This document shows positions 34,698-44,661 of a DNA stretch of 49,475 nucleotides, piece after piece (the first letter of the stretch is position 1; each line of letters begins with the position of its first letter). The notes beneath the pieces were generated by a model that was given only the letters and a program-made list of their open reading frames with translations, was not told the DNA's origin and did not search any database. A program made the position numbers and the translations under genes. This DNA is from a virus. Its lineage: Duplodnaviria; Caudoviricetes. Where the stretch lies: IMG/VR virus record IMGVR_UViG_3300017700_000528, positions 1 to 49,475 of that record. One strand, given 5' to 3'.

Positions 34698-35016
34698 GAC
34701 TGGAATTTTGCCAACCGAGTTCAAGGTTTTGATAGCCCCGAAGGAAGTTGGCGACAAGATCGGCAGCATCTACCTGCCGGACTCGACCAAGGAGCGCGAC
34801 CAGTTTGCCCAGATGGAGGGCACGTTGGTGGCGGTCTCGCCGCTCGCCTTCACCTACGCGAAGCAGGAGGAATGGGAGGCGGCCGGCGCTGCCCCGCCAA
34901 CTGTTGGGGACCGCGTGTTGTTTGCCAAATATGCCGGCGCCGTCGTCAAGAGCCTGAAGGACGGCAAGGACTACCGCCTAGTGAACGACAAGGACATTGC
35001 GGCGGTGCTGTCATGA
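34681..35016 (+). CDS. groES: GroES-like co-chaperonin
   Basis: P...KVLI, GSIYLPD, G.LVAV, VGDRVLFAKYAG and D.DI.AVL. Confidence 0.88.
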   Translation: MTKTNETGILPTEFKVLIAPKEVGDKIGSIYLPDSTKERDQFAQMEGTLVAVSPLAFTYAKQEEWEAAGAAPPTVGDRVLFAKYAGAVVKSLKDGKDYRLVNDKDIAAVLS

Positions 35017-35957
35017 CCGACACCACGCAGGGCGATCAGGGCGCCGAACACCAAGACGCAGGTGAAGACGCCCCGGAGACCGTAGCTCTCGCCCGTGAGA
35101 TGGGCTGGAAGCCGGAGGCTGAATGGAAGGGTGATCCGCCGAAGGGTGGGTTCCATTCCGCAACTGAATTTCTGCGCCGCGGCGAGAAGATACTCCCGAT
35201 CGTGCGCGCCGACGCCAAGAAGGCAAAGGAAGAGGCTGCCGCGCTCCGCTCCGAAATGGAGCAGATGCGCAATGACCACCGCGACACCATCAAGCGCATC
35301 GAGCGCATGTCGAATGTGGCGCTCGAACAGCAGCGATTGCAGATCACGAACCAGTACACGGCCGCTAAAGAGGCGGCGGTTGAGGTTGGCGACAAGGTTG
35401 CCTACCGCGAGGCGGACAAGGCTGAGCGCGAGTCCCTGAAGGCGATTGACGACCGCCTGAAGGAAAACGACGCCGACAGTGGCGGCAAAAAGGACGAACG
35501 CAAGACCGCCGAGATGCCCCGCGAGGTCAAGGAAGTCCTTGACGGGTGGCTGGCTGAAAACACCTGGTTCAACAGCGATGAGGAACTGAACGCGGTTGCC
35601 CAGGCCCGGCACATGAAGCTGCTGCGGGAGAAGAAGGGGCTGACGCTGCGTCAGAACCTCGATGAGGTCCGCGAATACGTCAAGAAGCGGTTCCCCGAGC
35701 ACTTTGCTGATGAAGGGGATGAGCAGGACGAGGATGATCCTCCGCGCCGCAAGGGCTCTCCTGTAGAGGGCGGCTCGCGTCTGGGCGGTGGGAATGGTGG
35801 CTCCAAGTTCTCGAAGCTTCCGGCGGAGGCCAAGGCCGCGGCCGACAAGTTCATCAAAGAGGACAAGCTGTTCCTCGACGCTGGCGAAACGCCCGAAAAG
35901 AATTTGGCTCAGGCCCGTGAGCGCTACGCCACGCAGTATTTTGGAGACATGAAATGA
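35013..35957 (+). CDS. Scaffolding protein
   Basis: Acidic N-terminus, coiled coil, W..EN.WF motif; upstream of capsid genes. Confidence 0.75.
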   Translation: MTDTTQGDQGAEHQDAGEDAPETVALAREMGWKPEAEWKGDPPKGGFHSATEFLRRGEKILPIVRADAKKAKEEAAALRSEMEQMRNDHRDTIKRIERMSNVALEQQRLQITNQYTAAKEAAVEVGDKVAYREADKAERESLKAIDDRLKENDADSGGKKDERKTAEMPREVKEVLDGWLAENTWFNSDEELNAVAQARHMKLLREKKGLTLRQNLDEVREYVKKRFPEHFADEGDEQDEDDPPRRKGSPVEGGSRLGGGNGGSKFSKLPAEAKAAADKFIKEDKLFLDAGETPEKNLAQARERYATQYFGDMK

Positions 35958-36472
35958 GCGACACCTACACCCCTGAGCCCCGCAAGCCGGGTCGGCCAAC
36001 TAATGCCGAACGGGACGCGCGGGCGGCAGCAGAGACCCCCAATCCCCGCCAAGCGGAGGTGCAACAGACGCGCCGCCGCCGTGAGGGCATGGGGCCAGAG
36101 CGAAACCTGAAGCTCCACATTCCTGAGCAGATGAAAGACCCGAACTTTGAATATCGCTGGGTCAACGATCGGCCCGGCCGCGTTCACAGCCTCACCAAGC
36201 TCGATGACTGGGACCCTGCGCCCGGCATGGATGGTGTTGGCCTGGGGCAAAGCGTTTCAGAGCGAGCAGTCGATTCCTATACCGGCGAACGCGCCGTTCT
36301 TCTGAGGAAGCCGAAGGAATACTACGACGCCGATCAGATGGAAAAGAAGAAAGCCCTGGACGAGCGCGACGAAGCGATGCGTCGCGGTCCTTTGCCGAGC
36401 CCCGAGGGGATCGGTGGCGAAGCTGACAAAAGCTATACGCCGGGCGGCAGGAACATCGTGAACGGTCGCTAA
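35954..36472 (+). CDS. Head module protein
   Basis: YRWVND..GR motif; ATGA overlap. Confidence 0.7.
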   Translation: MSDTYTPEPRKPGRPTNAERDARAAAETPNPRQAEVQQTRRRREGMGPERNLKLHIPEQMKDPNFEYRWVNDRPGRVHSLTKLDDWDPAPGMDGVGLGQSVSERAVDSYTGERAVLLRKPKEYYDADQMEKKKALDERDEAMRRGPLPSPEGIGGEADKSYTPGGRNIVNGR

Positions 36473-36516
36473 GGCGACCTCACCCCTAGTTTCAACCATT
36501 CAGGAGGGCCAACTTC

Positions 36517-37131
36517 ATGGCCAATTCTAACGCGCCCTTTGGGTTGCGTCCTGTCCGACATAAGGACGGACGAGCCTATAACGGGGCTGTCAACTTCTAC
36601 TTCGCGACCGGCGCCACGGGCGTCATTGCCCCTGGCGATCCGGTCATCAACAACGGTGCCACCAACACCACGGAAATCTCCGGCTTCCAAGCCGGCGCGC
36701 TTCCGGGGTGCCAGATCGCATTGCCCGGCGCGGGCGATCCGATCACTGGCGTTTGCGTCGCCGTGCTCCCGACCAACCGTGACAGCCTCACCTACCGTGA
36801 GACCTCCACGGATCGGGTCATCGCCGTCGCGGACGATCCCGGCCTCGTCTTTGAGGTTCAGGAGGATGCCGGCGGCACCGCTCTGGCGGGCACCGATGTC
36901 GGTCAGCTTGTCAATCTTGGATCGGGCACGGCCTCGACCGTCACCGGCCGCTCGACCTGGGTGATCGATACTGCAACGGCCCCGAACACCACGGCGACGT
37001 TCCAGTGCTACCTCAACCGACTTTCCCCGAAGCCGAACAATGCCATCGGCACCTACGCGGTTTGGGAAGTCACCATCAACAACCACCAGCTCGGCAACGT
37101 GACCGACGCCGGCAACGTAACCCCGGTTTAA
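36517..37131 (+). CDS. Capsid decoration/minor head protein
   Basis: MAN.NAPFGLRPV and DDP..VFEVQ; AGGAGG RBS. Confidence 0.65.
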   Translation: MANSNAPFGLRPVRHKDGRAYNGAVNFYFATGATGVIAPGDPVINNGATNTTEISGFQAGALPGCQIALPGAGDPITGVCVAVLPTNRDSLTYRETSTDRVIAVADDPGLVFEVQEDAGGTALAGTDVGQLVNLGSGTASTVTGRSTWVIDTATAPNTTATFQCYLNRLSPKPNNAIGTYAVWEVTINNHQLGNVTDAGNVTPV

Positions 37132-37143
37132 GGAGGTCACACC

Positions 37144-38043
37144 ATGGCTGGAGTCATCACTACCGGCAACCACCCCAAAGCACTTTGGGAGGGGATGCAC
37201 GCGTTCTTCGGCGCTCAGTACAAGGAGCACCCGGAGGAGTTCCGCGAAATCTACGAGATCGAGAAATCCTCGAAGAACTACGAAGAGGACACGAAGGTTA
37301 CGGGCTTTGGGCTCGCTCCGCTCAAGTCCGAGGGTCAGCCCGTCAACTACGATTCCGAGTCGCAGGGGTACACCAAGCGGTACACCCACAACGTCTGGGG
37401 CTCGGGCTACATCGTCACGCAGGAAGAGATGGAGGACAATCTCTATGAGATCGTCAGCCGTCGCCGCATCAAGCGGCTTGCGTTCTCGATGCGGCAGACC
37501 AAGGAGACGGTATCTGCCAACGTCCTGAACCGCGCGTTCACCTCCGGCTATACCGGCGGCGACGGCAAGGTTCTGGTCGCGAGCGATCACCCGACCCTGA
37601 GCGGAGATCAGTCGAACCTCTTGACCGCGGCGGACTTCTCCGAAGCGGCGCTGGAGGACATGGTTATTCAGATCGGCCAGGCCAAGAACGACCGCGGCCT
37701 GCTCATCAATCTGAAGCCCATGAAGCTGATCCACCCCGTCAACATCCAGTTCGATGTGGCGCGGGTGCTCAAGTCCGAGCTGACGCCGGGAACGGCGAAC
37801 AACGCTGTCAATGCGGTGCGGTTGGTCGGCGTCAAGCCGGTCTGCAACCACTACCTCACGGACACCGACGCTTGGTTCGTCAAGACCGACTGCCCGAACG
37901 GCCTCACCATGTTCGAGCGTCGCGCCCTTGAGTTCACCCGCGACAACGACTTCGACACCGAGAACGCGAAGGCGAAGGCCACGATGCGTTTCTCGGTGGG
38001 CTGGACTGACTGGCTGACCCTGTTCGGGTCGGCTGGCGTCTAA
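37144..38043 (+). CDS. Major capsid protein
   Basis: 299 aa, AAGGAGG RBS, strong codon bias, terminator downstream; G.GLAP.K.EG. Confidence 0.85.
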   Translation: MAGVITTGNHPKALWEGMHAFFGAQYKEHPEEFREIYEIEKSSKNYEEDTKVTGFGLAPLKSEGQPVNYDSESQGYTKRYTHNVWGSGYIVTQEEMEDNLYEIVSRRRIKRLAFSMRQTKETVSANVLNRAFTSGYTGGDGKVLVASDHPTLSGDQSNLLTAADFSEAALEDMVIQIGQAKNDRGLLINLKPMKLIHPVNIQFDVARVLKSELTPGTANNAVNAVRLVGVKPVCNHYLTDTDAWFVKTDCPNGLTMFERRALEFTRDNDFDTENAKAKATMRFSVGWTDWLTLFGSAGV

Positions 38044-38084
38044 ATCCTCCCGTCTGCGGCTTGTTAGGAGACGCAGAACACCTG

Positions 38085-38112
38085 GGGCGGTCAGCAATGG
38101 CCGCCCTTTTTC
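38085..38112 (+). terminator. Rho-independent terminator
   Basis: GGGCGGTCA-GCAA-TGGCCGCCC followed by T6. Confidence 0.88.
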
Positions 38113-38168
38113 ATTCCTCACCTTCGGAAATCCAAACAAGGCCCTAACGGGTCGAAGCGGAGGCCATC

Positions 38169-39107
38169 ATGGCTCTTAATCAGCTCTCAAGCTATCCTAG
38201 CGGTTTCGGCCCCGGCGTTATGATCGGTGGCCGTCCCGTGCTCGCGGACTTCGCGGGCAATGTCTACTGGGTCAACTCAGTCACCGGCTCGAACGGCAAC
38301 AAGGGCACGCGCGATAAGCCCTTTGCGACGATTGACTATGCGATCGGCCGCTGTACGGCGAGTCAGGGCGACGTGATCTATTGTATGCCCGGCCATACCG
38401 AGGCCGTCACCGTATCGAGCATCGCGTGTGATGTCGCCGGGGTGTCGATCATCGGCCTTGGCGATGGCTCGAACAAGCCAACGCTTACCTTCGGGGCGAC
38501 CGACTCCCGTATCAACGTCACGGCCGCCAACTGCAAATGGCAGAACTTCCGCTGGACGGCGGGCATTGGCGATGTCGTCACTGCGGTTCTGCACGCGACT
38601 GCGGCCCAGAACTCGATGTATCTCGATATTGAGTTCCGCGCTTCCTCGACGTTCAACTTCATCAATGGCTACACCCTCGGCGCCGCGAATATCTCGGACG
38701 GCTGTCGGTGGGAGCGCAACTATCTGCGCACCGCAGATGCCGGTCAGCTTGCGCTGTGTGTCACCGCGGCGGCCCACAACGACCTGAAGTTCTACAACAA
38801 CTATGTTGTCCACGCTGCGGCTGCTGCCGGACTTCTGACGGCTGGTGCCGCGGAACTCCTGGGCATCGATGTTCGCGGAAACTTCGTCCAAACGGGCCAG
38901 ACCGATGGTTCCGTTGGCGTCCTCGTGATCACGACCGGAACCGCATCGAGCGGCAGCATCGTCGGAAATGACATGAAGACCGCCGACGCCGCGGCGAACG
39001 TCGCCATCCCGATTGCGTCGAAGGTCTACGCTGCCAAGAACTACATTGCCGGCGCCGATGAGGTCGGCACTGTCATCGCGGTCGGTACGCTGTTCGACAA
39101 CACCTAA
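38169..39107 (+). CDS. Beta-helix-like virion protein
   Basis: YWVNS...G....PFATIDYAI.....GDVI...PG pectin-lyase-type N-terminus. Confidence 0.65.
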   Translation: MALNQLSSYPSGFGPGVMIGGRPVLADFAGNVYWVNSVTGSNGNKGTRDKPFATIDYAIGRCTASQGDVIYCMPGHTEAVTVSSIACDVAGVSIIGLGDGSNKPTLTFGATDSRINVTAANCKWQNFRWTAGIGDVVTAVLHATAAQNSMYLDIEFRASSTFNFINGYTLGAANISDGCRWERNYLRTADAGQLALCVTAAAHNDLKFYNNYVVHAAAAAGLLTAGAAELLGIDVRGNFVQTGQTDGSVGVLVITTGTASSGSIVGNDMKTADAAANVAIPIASKVYAAKNYIAGADEVGTVIAVGTLFDNT

Positions 39108-39114
39108 GCTGAGA

Positions 39115-39163
39115 TTTGGTATTTCGTCGCCGGGCTTCGGCTCGGCGGCGAGACCAAACTTTT
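39115..39163 (+). terminator. Long hairpin with cUUCGg loop; probable terminator
   Basis: TCGTCGCCGGGC-TTCG-GCTCGGCGGCGA with outer TTTGGT/ACCAAA, then TTTT. Confidence 0.6.
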
Positions 39164-39186
39164 GCACATGACGAAAAGAGGCCGCT

Positions 39187-39828
39187 ATGCGCTTCAAGGA
39201 ATTTGACATTGACCCGGCAAACGTCAGCTTGACGGGCTTCGCCTCCAACGTCACGGGCGCCGCGTTCACGCTGACCGCGAACAGCTCCGGTGATGGGCTG
39301 GCGCACCAGGTCAGCATTCGGAATGACTCCGTTACGGATCATGCTGGAAAGACCGTGACGCTGGTTGGCACCGACCCGGATGGGTTCGCCCAAACTGAGG
39401 TAGTGACCGGGCCAGGAACGTCCGCAACCGTCGAGTCAACCAAGTATTTTCTCACGCTCACCAGCGCAACTCCGTCTGAGACAATCGGCGCCGATACGTT
39501 CGATATCGGCTGGGTTGATGAAGTCTCGTCAAAAACTATTCCACTGGAAAGCGTATCGCTGGCCGGCGCGACGCTCAATGTGGACGTTACCGGAACCATC
39601 AACTTTACGGTTCAGCAGACATTCGATGACGTGTTCCGGTCGGGCCTTGCCGCGCAGTCCGCGCACCAAAACGTGCAATGGCTGGATATAACGGCGCTGG
39701 CGTCAAAGACCGCTGACACAACTTCCGTATCGACGGTCGGTGCAACGGCAATCCGCCTCATTGTCAACAGTTACACCGATACGGCCGAACTCCAGATGAA
39801 CGTCAACCAACCATATGGTTCGACCTGA
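39187..39828 (+). CDS. Virion structural protein
   Basis: Thr/Ser/Val-rich beta protein; GAGG RBS. Confidence 0.65.
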   Translation: MRFKEFDIDPANVSLTGFASNVTGAAFTLTANSSGDGLAHQVSIRNDSVTDHAGKTVTLVGTDPDGFAQTEVVTGPGTSATVESTKYFLTLTSATPSETIGADTFDIGWVDEVSSKTIPLESVSLAGATLNVDVTGTINFTVQQTFDDVFRSGLAAQSAHQNVQWLDITALASKTADTTSVSTVGATAIRLIVNSYTDTAELQMNVNQPYGST

Positions 39829-39830
39829 CG

Positions 39831-39998
39831 ATGCCTGACTACACACGACGCTCCTTATATCGAAAAGGAGCAACGTCTGGCGTGTCCTCGGTGTGGCTTG
39901 GCTCACGTTCGACCGACAGCATTCCAGAAGATGCGATCCTGACTGAGGACGGCGAGCCAATCATGACCGAATACGGCGATATTCTGGTGATCGAATAA
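39831..39998 (+). CDS. 55-aa protein preceding the tailspike
   Basis: ILTEDGEPIMTEYGDILVIE repeat motif; TAATG coupling. Confidence 0.6.
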   Translation: MPDYTRRSLYRKGATSGVSSVWLGSRSTDSIPEDAILTEDGEPIMTEYGDILVIE

Positions 39999-42865
39999 TG
40001 CCGAAGATTTCCGCCCTTCCGTCAGAAGCGACGCTGGACGGGACCGAGCTGGTTCCGATTGTCCAGAGTGGTGTGACTGAGCGGGCGACGACGCAGTTGG
40101 TTGCTCGGACGATAAACCCGCAAACGTTGACCGAGAAAGTTATTCCGCACGACGATGACCTTCTCATCCTCGCTGATAGTGAAGCATCGAACGTCCTAAA
40201 AAAGGTTAAGGCTGTAAACATAGCCACCCGTGGCTATGTAACGCCACAGCAGTACGGGGCTGTTGCGGACGGCGTAACGGACGACTACCAAGCTTTTGCG
40301 GATGCCTACACTGCGGCCGTTGCTGCTGGTCACAATACGATCATCTGCCCGCCAGGCTCAGACTATGCCATAGGGCAGGACTTCAACATCCTTGCCAACA
40401 ATTTCACCCTTATGGGTTTCTCGCGTCGGAACACGACGATCAGGGCGCTGTCCGGCGCGACGCTGACCAACCTGCTGCGGATCGGCCCGGCCACGGGGAC
40501 CGATACGATAAGCGGGGCCGTGGTCCGTGGCATCACGTTTGATGGCGGCAACACCTGCTCTGATGCGGTTGTCAAGCTTCGAAACCATACCCGCTGCGAC
40601 ATCTCCGACATCCGCTGCACCAACGGTTCGGCCGATGGTCTCAAGACCGATACCGCCACGACCGTCATCAACACCAAGGCGATCTGGAACACGTATATCG
40701 CGATCGAGTGCGACAACAACGACGCCAATGGGATGCGGTTCATTGGTGAGAAGGAAACCTTCTACGACCAGCTTTGGGGCCACATCAACGGCGATTGCGG
40801 CATCATCTTCCGTGCCTTCGAGTACGATGGCGGAAACCTAACCGAGACGACGCAGTGTACCGCAGGAACTGTCCACGCCGACGACAATACCAACGACGGC
40901 ATCGTGTTCGATGGTGTGGAGAAATACACATTCGCCGTCTGCGAGGCGACGCAGAACTTTGGCTGGGGTATTCGGTTCCGGTCCACAGATACTTCGGCTT
41001 CCGGTGTAGCCAACAACAACGTCAATATCGGCTGCGCCACCATGCGCGGCAACGTGGACGGCGGCATCAGATGCGGTGACAGTGCGCAGATGAATGGCGC
41101 GCACTTCGGCACCGTTACGATCATTGGCGGTGGCGGGCAGGCTGGCGAGACTGGTATCCACCTGGAGGGCGTGAGCAACGTCCAGTTCGGTTCGGTCATC
41201 ATTTCGCTGATGGCGGGGCCTGGCATTCGCATTCTGGACGGCACGCCGCTTGGTGGGGCGTTGGCTTCATCGGCCATTCAATTCGGCTCGGTGCGTCTGA
41301 ACTTCAATGGTCAGGTCAATACCGGGGCCGTTCACAGCCTCTCGATCGAGGGGAGCACGTCCGAGGTCAGCATTTTAAGCCTGATCAGCGGCGGGCAGAA
41401 CACATCGGGGACAAACTACGAGGTAAGCGTCGGCGGCTCTGCTAGTGACGTTGTTATCGGTCACGCATCGCTGACATCCGCGAGCGGCAGCAACGGCGTT
41501 ACAGGAACTGTCACGTTTACCGGACGCTATGAATTGGAGGGTGTAGAGCAGACGATTAGCGGGGCTGGCACAATCGACGGAGCTGTCGGCCTGACGGATG
41601 GTGGTCTCCCCCGTGCCGACGGCACTGGTGGAGTTACATTGCAGGCGTCTGGCTGGCAAATCAACGACAGCGACGCTCTGAGCCCCAAGACGAACGATGC
41701 GGGCGCGATCGGGACGACGGCGTTAGGTGTTTCGGACCTGTTCTTTGCGACTGGCGCTGTCATCAATTACAACAACGGCGCTGAGACGATCACTAACGCT
41801 GCGGATACGATGTCATATGCTGGCATCACGACGTTCAACTATTCGCAGGATGGCGCCGCCCTCGCCAAGAACATTGAATCCTTCAATGCGGTTGGCGCTA
41901 GCACATCGGCGCAGATCACCCTCACAAGAGGCAGGGGGACCAAGGCATCCCCAGTAGCGCTTTCCAGCGGTGATCGGATCGGCTCCTACTTCTTTTCCGG
42001 TCAGATTGACACGACGGTCGGCAACATTGCCAACGCAGCCGCGCTGATTGGCGTTGCGGCGGAGAACTTCGGCACCGGAACGACGGGTGCTTATTTCACG
42101 CTCCAGGCTACGCCGGCAGGAAGCGGAACTCGGGCGGAGCAACTCAGGGTCGCCGGCAGTGCTATCTACGCTCCTGGCGCCGGCACCACGGCCTCGGCGG
42201 CGAATGCGTTTCTGGACAGCGGGTCAACGCCGGCTAACCAGCTACTGCGGTCCACCTCGTCGCTGCGCTACAAGCGCGACATCGAGGACATGGACATTGC
42301 GGCTGCTGAGAAGATCGTCGATCAGGTGCGGCCGATCTTCTACCGCTCTGCTATTGAGCGCGATCGGCAGGACTGGTCGCACTATGGCATCGCCGCCGAG
42401 GAATTGGCGCTGATCGACCCGCGCTTGGTGCAATTTGGCTACCCCGAGGATGCTTGGGAAACTGAGACGGTTCAGGAGCCGGATCAGGTCATTCCCGCCC
42501 GTATCGATCGCGTTCCAGTCATGGAGCCACTCGAAGAGCCGCTCTTTGAACTTGTCCCGACGAAGGGCGGGTTTGAGCGTAAGCGCATCACACACCGGCA
42601 GGCGATGACGCTGATGCCGGTGTGGGACGAAGACGGTAATGGTATCGACGCCCTCGAAATTCCGCTGTTCGATGAGGTCGAGGTCGAGCCGGAACGCATC
42701 GTCCCCGGCGATCGGATGGCCGTTAAGAAACTGAAAAAGGACGCCGAGATGGTCCCAGACGGGGTGGCTTACGAGCGCGTTGTCGTCCCGTTGCTGATGT
42801 GCGTCCGCGATCTTCGTGGCCGCGTTGATGCGTTGGAGGCGCCTAGGAGTACGGGCCGTGTTTAA
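39998..42865 (+). CDS. Tailspike: pectin-lyase-like beta helix + C-terminal S74 intramolecular chaperone
   Basis: KISALP N-terminus, YGAVADGVTDD..AF, SSLRYKRDI, GIAAEE and V.YERVVVPL. Confidence 0.88.
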   Translation: MPKISALPSEATLDGTELVPIVQSGVTERATTQLVARTINPQTLTEKVIPHDDDLLILADSEASNVLKKVKAVNIATRGYVTPQQYGAVADGVTDDYQAFADAYTAAVAAGHNTIICPPGSDYAIGQDFNILANNFTLMGFSRRNTTIRALSGATLTNLLRIGPATGTDTISGAVVRGITFDGGNTCSDAVVKLRNHTRCDISDIRCTNGSADGLKTDTATTVINTKAIWNTYIAIECDNNDANGMRFIGEKETFYDQLWGHINGDCGIIFRAFEYDGGNLTETTQCTAGTVHADDNTNDGIVFDGVEKYTFAVCEATQNFGWGIRFRSTDTSASGVANNNVNIGCATMRGNVDGGIRCGDSAQMNGAHFGTVTIIGGGGQAGETGIHLEGVSNVQFGSVIISLMAGPGIRILDGTPLGGALASSAIQFGSVRLNFNGQVNTGAVHSLSIEGSTSEVSILSLISGGQNTSGTNYEVSVGGSASDVVIGHASLTSASGSNGVTGTVTFTGRYELEGVEQTISGAGTIDGAVGLTDGGLPRADGTGGVTLQASGWQINDSDALSPKTNDAGAIGTTALGVSDLFFATGAVINYNNGAETITNAADTMSYAGITTFNYSQDGAALAKNIESFNAVGASTSAQITLTRGRGTKASPVALSSGDRIGSYFFSGQIDTTVGNIANAAALIGVAAENFGTGTTGAYFTLQATPAGSGTRAEQLRVAGSAIYAPGAGTTASAANAFLDSGSTPANQLLRSTSSLRYKRDIEDMDIAAAEKIVDQVRPIFYRSAIERDRQDWSHYGIAAEELALIDPRLVQFGYPEDAWETETVQEPDQVIPARIDRVPVMEPLEEPLFELVPTKGGFERKRITHRQAMTLMPVWDEDGNGIDALEIPLFDEVEVEPERIVPGDRMAVKKLKKDAEMVPDGVAYERVVVPLLMCVRDLRGRVDALEAPRSTGRV

Positions 42866-44147
42866 TCGCAGTGTAGAGCGTCTGCTGAATCGCAATCGCC
42901 AATAGGATGGACGCCAGCAAGGCCTGGTTTCTGGCCTGCGGAACGACTTCGCGGCACATCATGCCAAGCATGACGATTAGCGGCGGCAGGACTGCAAAGG
43001 CGGTTCGCCAATAGGGCACGCCTGTTGTTGCATAGAAGGCAAACGTGACAACGGCCGCAATGAGCGCGCCGCAGACAGTGGTCATGGCTTCCTTGCTGAG
43101 CCCACGGTTCAGGTAGATCAGGATCGCAGTTGGTGCTGCTAGCGCGGACAGTTGGACCAGCAGCGGGCCGATGTAGCCCACGACGATAGTGTTGAATGCG
43201 GTAGCAATGAATTTGCCTTCCGCCAGTGATTTGCCAATCCAGATGAGTTGGCCGAAAGCCAGTTCGCCAGAGTAGAAACTGCCGACCTTGAGCATGACGA
43301 ATCCGAACCATGCCAAGGGTGGGATGGTCGTTGCAGCCAAGACGGCTGCGGTGTCGGTGGCCGCTGTGCGGAGGTCAATCCGGTTCACGGCCCATGCGAC
43401 AGCGGCGGCGATGGCCAAACAAACGGGAACGATAACGAACAGGGGGTAGGCGGTCATTCCAAGGCCGCTGAGCGCCCCGACGAGAACGGCGTATCTGACG
43501 GTTGTCGCGCCAGCTAACTTTTCGGCGGCCACTAGTGTCGCAAGCAGCGGCGCAATGATGTTGTAAAGCTGAACGTGCGGGCTCCAGAAGAAGACCTTGA
43601 CGATATCGTTCGCGACCAGGAGATAGCCGACTGAGGTGACGGCAATCAGGGTGGCTGGCGTCGCGTCGATCGGGACTTTGACGATCCGCAAATAGAGCCA
43701 GAACGTGAGCCACAGTAGCAAGACATTGAACGTCGCGTAGGCGAGGAACGAAGGAAGCCCGTTCGCCAGCATCTCGGGGACGAACCGCTGGAAATACTCG
43801 TGCATCTTATCGGCCCGGTGGATACCAAGCCACTCTGGCGCCTTCTGAAACGGCAGGAACAGCGGACGCAGCAGGAACGCGGGGATGACCATCCCCGGTC
43901 TTGATTGCCTGAAGCTGCCCTTGTCGAGCAGTCGGTTTGGATACTGAGCGAGCTGAAGTAGCGCGATCGAGTCGCAGTTCAATGAAATGCCGAAGGGCTT
44001 AGGCCCAACGAGATTGACGAAGCAGCCCCTGGCATCGAGTTCGACCGGGGCTCTTGGTCCAATGAGCAACGATACCAGGAACACGGCCGTAACGGCGACG
44101 ACACCAATCCAGATCGCTCGGCGGGTTCGGCGCTCGGAGAGGGTCAT
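42843..44147 (-). CDS. Polytopic membrane protein (GT-C/Gtr-like moron candidate)
   Basis: 434 aa with about 10 hydrophobic segments; antisense within the late operon; N.D after TM1, RP motif. Confidence 0.65.
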   Translation of the reverse strand: MTLSERRTRRAIWIGVVAVTAVFLVSLLIGPRAPVELDARGCFVNLVGPKPFGISLNCDSIALLQLAQYPNRLLDKGSFRQSRPGMVIPAFLLRPLFLPFQKAPEWLGIHRADKMHEYFQRFVPEMLANGLPSFLAYATFNVLLLWLTFWLYLRIVKVPIDATPATLIAVTSVGYLLVANDIVKVFFWSPHVQLYNIIAPLLATLVAAEKLAGATTVRYAVLVGALSGLGMTAYPLFVIVPVCLAIAAAVAWAVNRIDLRTAATDTAAVLAATTIPPLAWFGFVMLKVGSFYSGELAFGQLIWIGKSLAEGKFIATAFNTIVVGYIGPLLVQLSALAAPTAILIYLNRGLSKEAMTTVCGALIAAVVTFAFYATTGVPYWRTAFAVLPPLIVMLGMMCREVVPQARNQALLASILLAIAIQQTLYTAIKHGPYS

Positions 44148-44205
44148 GGCCGGTCATTTAATAGGCGACAACTAGTGGATGCAACCCAGTGAGGCAGCCC
44201 AATTA

Positions 44206-44661
44206 ATGGCCTATATCCCCGGAGACCACTGGCGCATCTGCGATAGGTCGGGGCGCAAGGTCCGCGCGAGCCAGACTGTGAAGCAGTGGGACGGACTGAT
44301 CGTTGCTATTGACGAATACGAGGATCGTCACCCGCAAGACTTCGTGCGGGGCCGCAAGGACCGGCAGAACGTTCCCGATGCGCGTCCTGAGAGTGTGGAT
44401 AGCTTTCTAGGCCCGCTGCAAACAGTGACAACTGCCGCCGCGGTTGCTGGAGCAGCGGCGCTGACGGTTGAAACAACGGCCCGCTTTGAAGGCAACGACG
44501 ATATCGGCGTGACCCTTTCAAACGGAGATGTGGCGCGAATGCGGATCGATACCGTCGCCTCATCCGTGAGCCTGACGCTGACAACTGGATTGCCCGGCGC
44601 CGTGTCCTCTGGCGCGCTTGTCATCGACTATGACGCGGTAGCAGAAGCGGATATCGGCTGA
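44206..44661 (+). CDS. Neck/head-completion protein
   Basis: ICDRSG..W.GL.V......HPQ N-terminal motif plus beta domain. Confidence 0.7.
   Translation: MAYIPGDHWRICDRSGRKVRASQTVKQWDGLIVAIDEYEDRHPQDFVRGRKDRQNVPDARPESVDSFLGPLQTVTTAAAVAGAAALTVETTARFEGNDDIGVTLSNGDVARMRIDTVASSVSLTLTTGLPGAVSSGALVIDYDAVAEADIG

Noticed and set aside
31805-38139. Long minus-strand ORFs (581, 342 and 556 aa)
   Set aside because: Antisense shadows of the portal, scaffold and capsid genes in GC-rich DNA.
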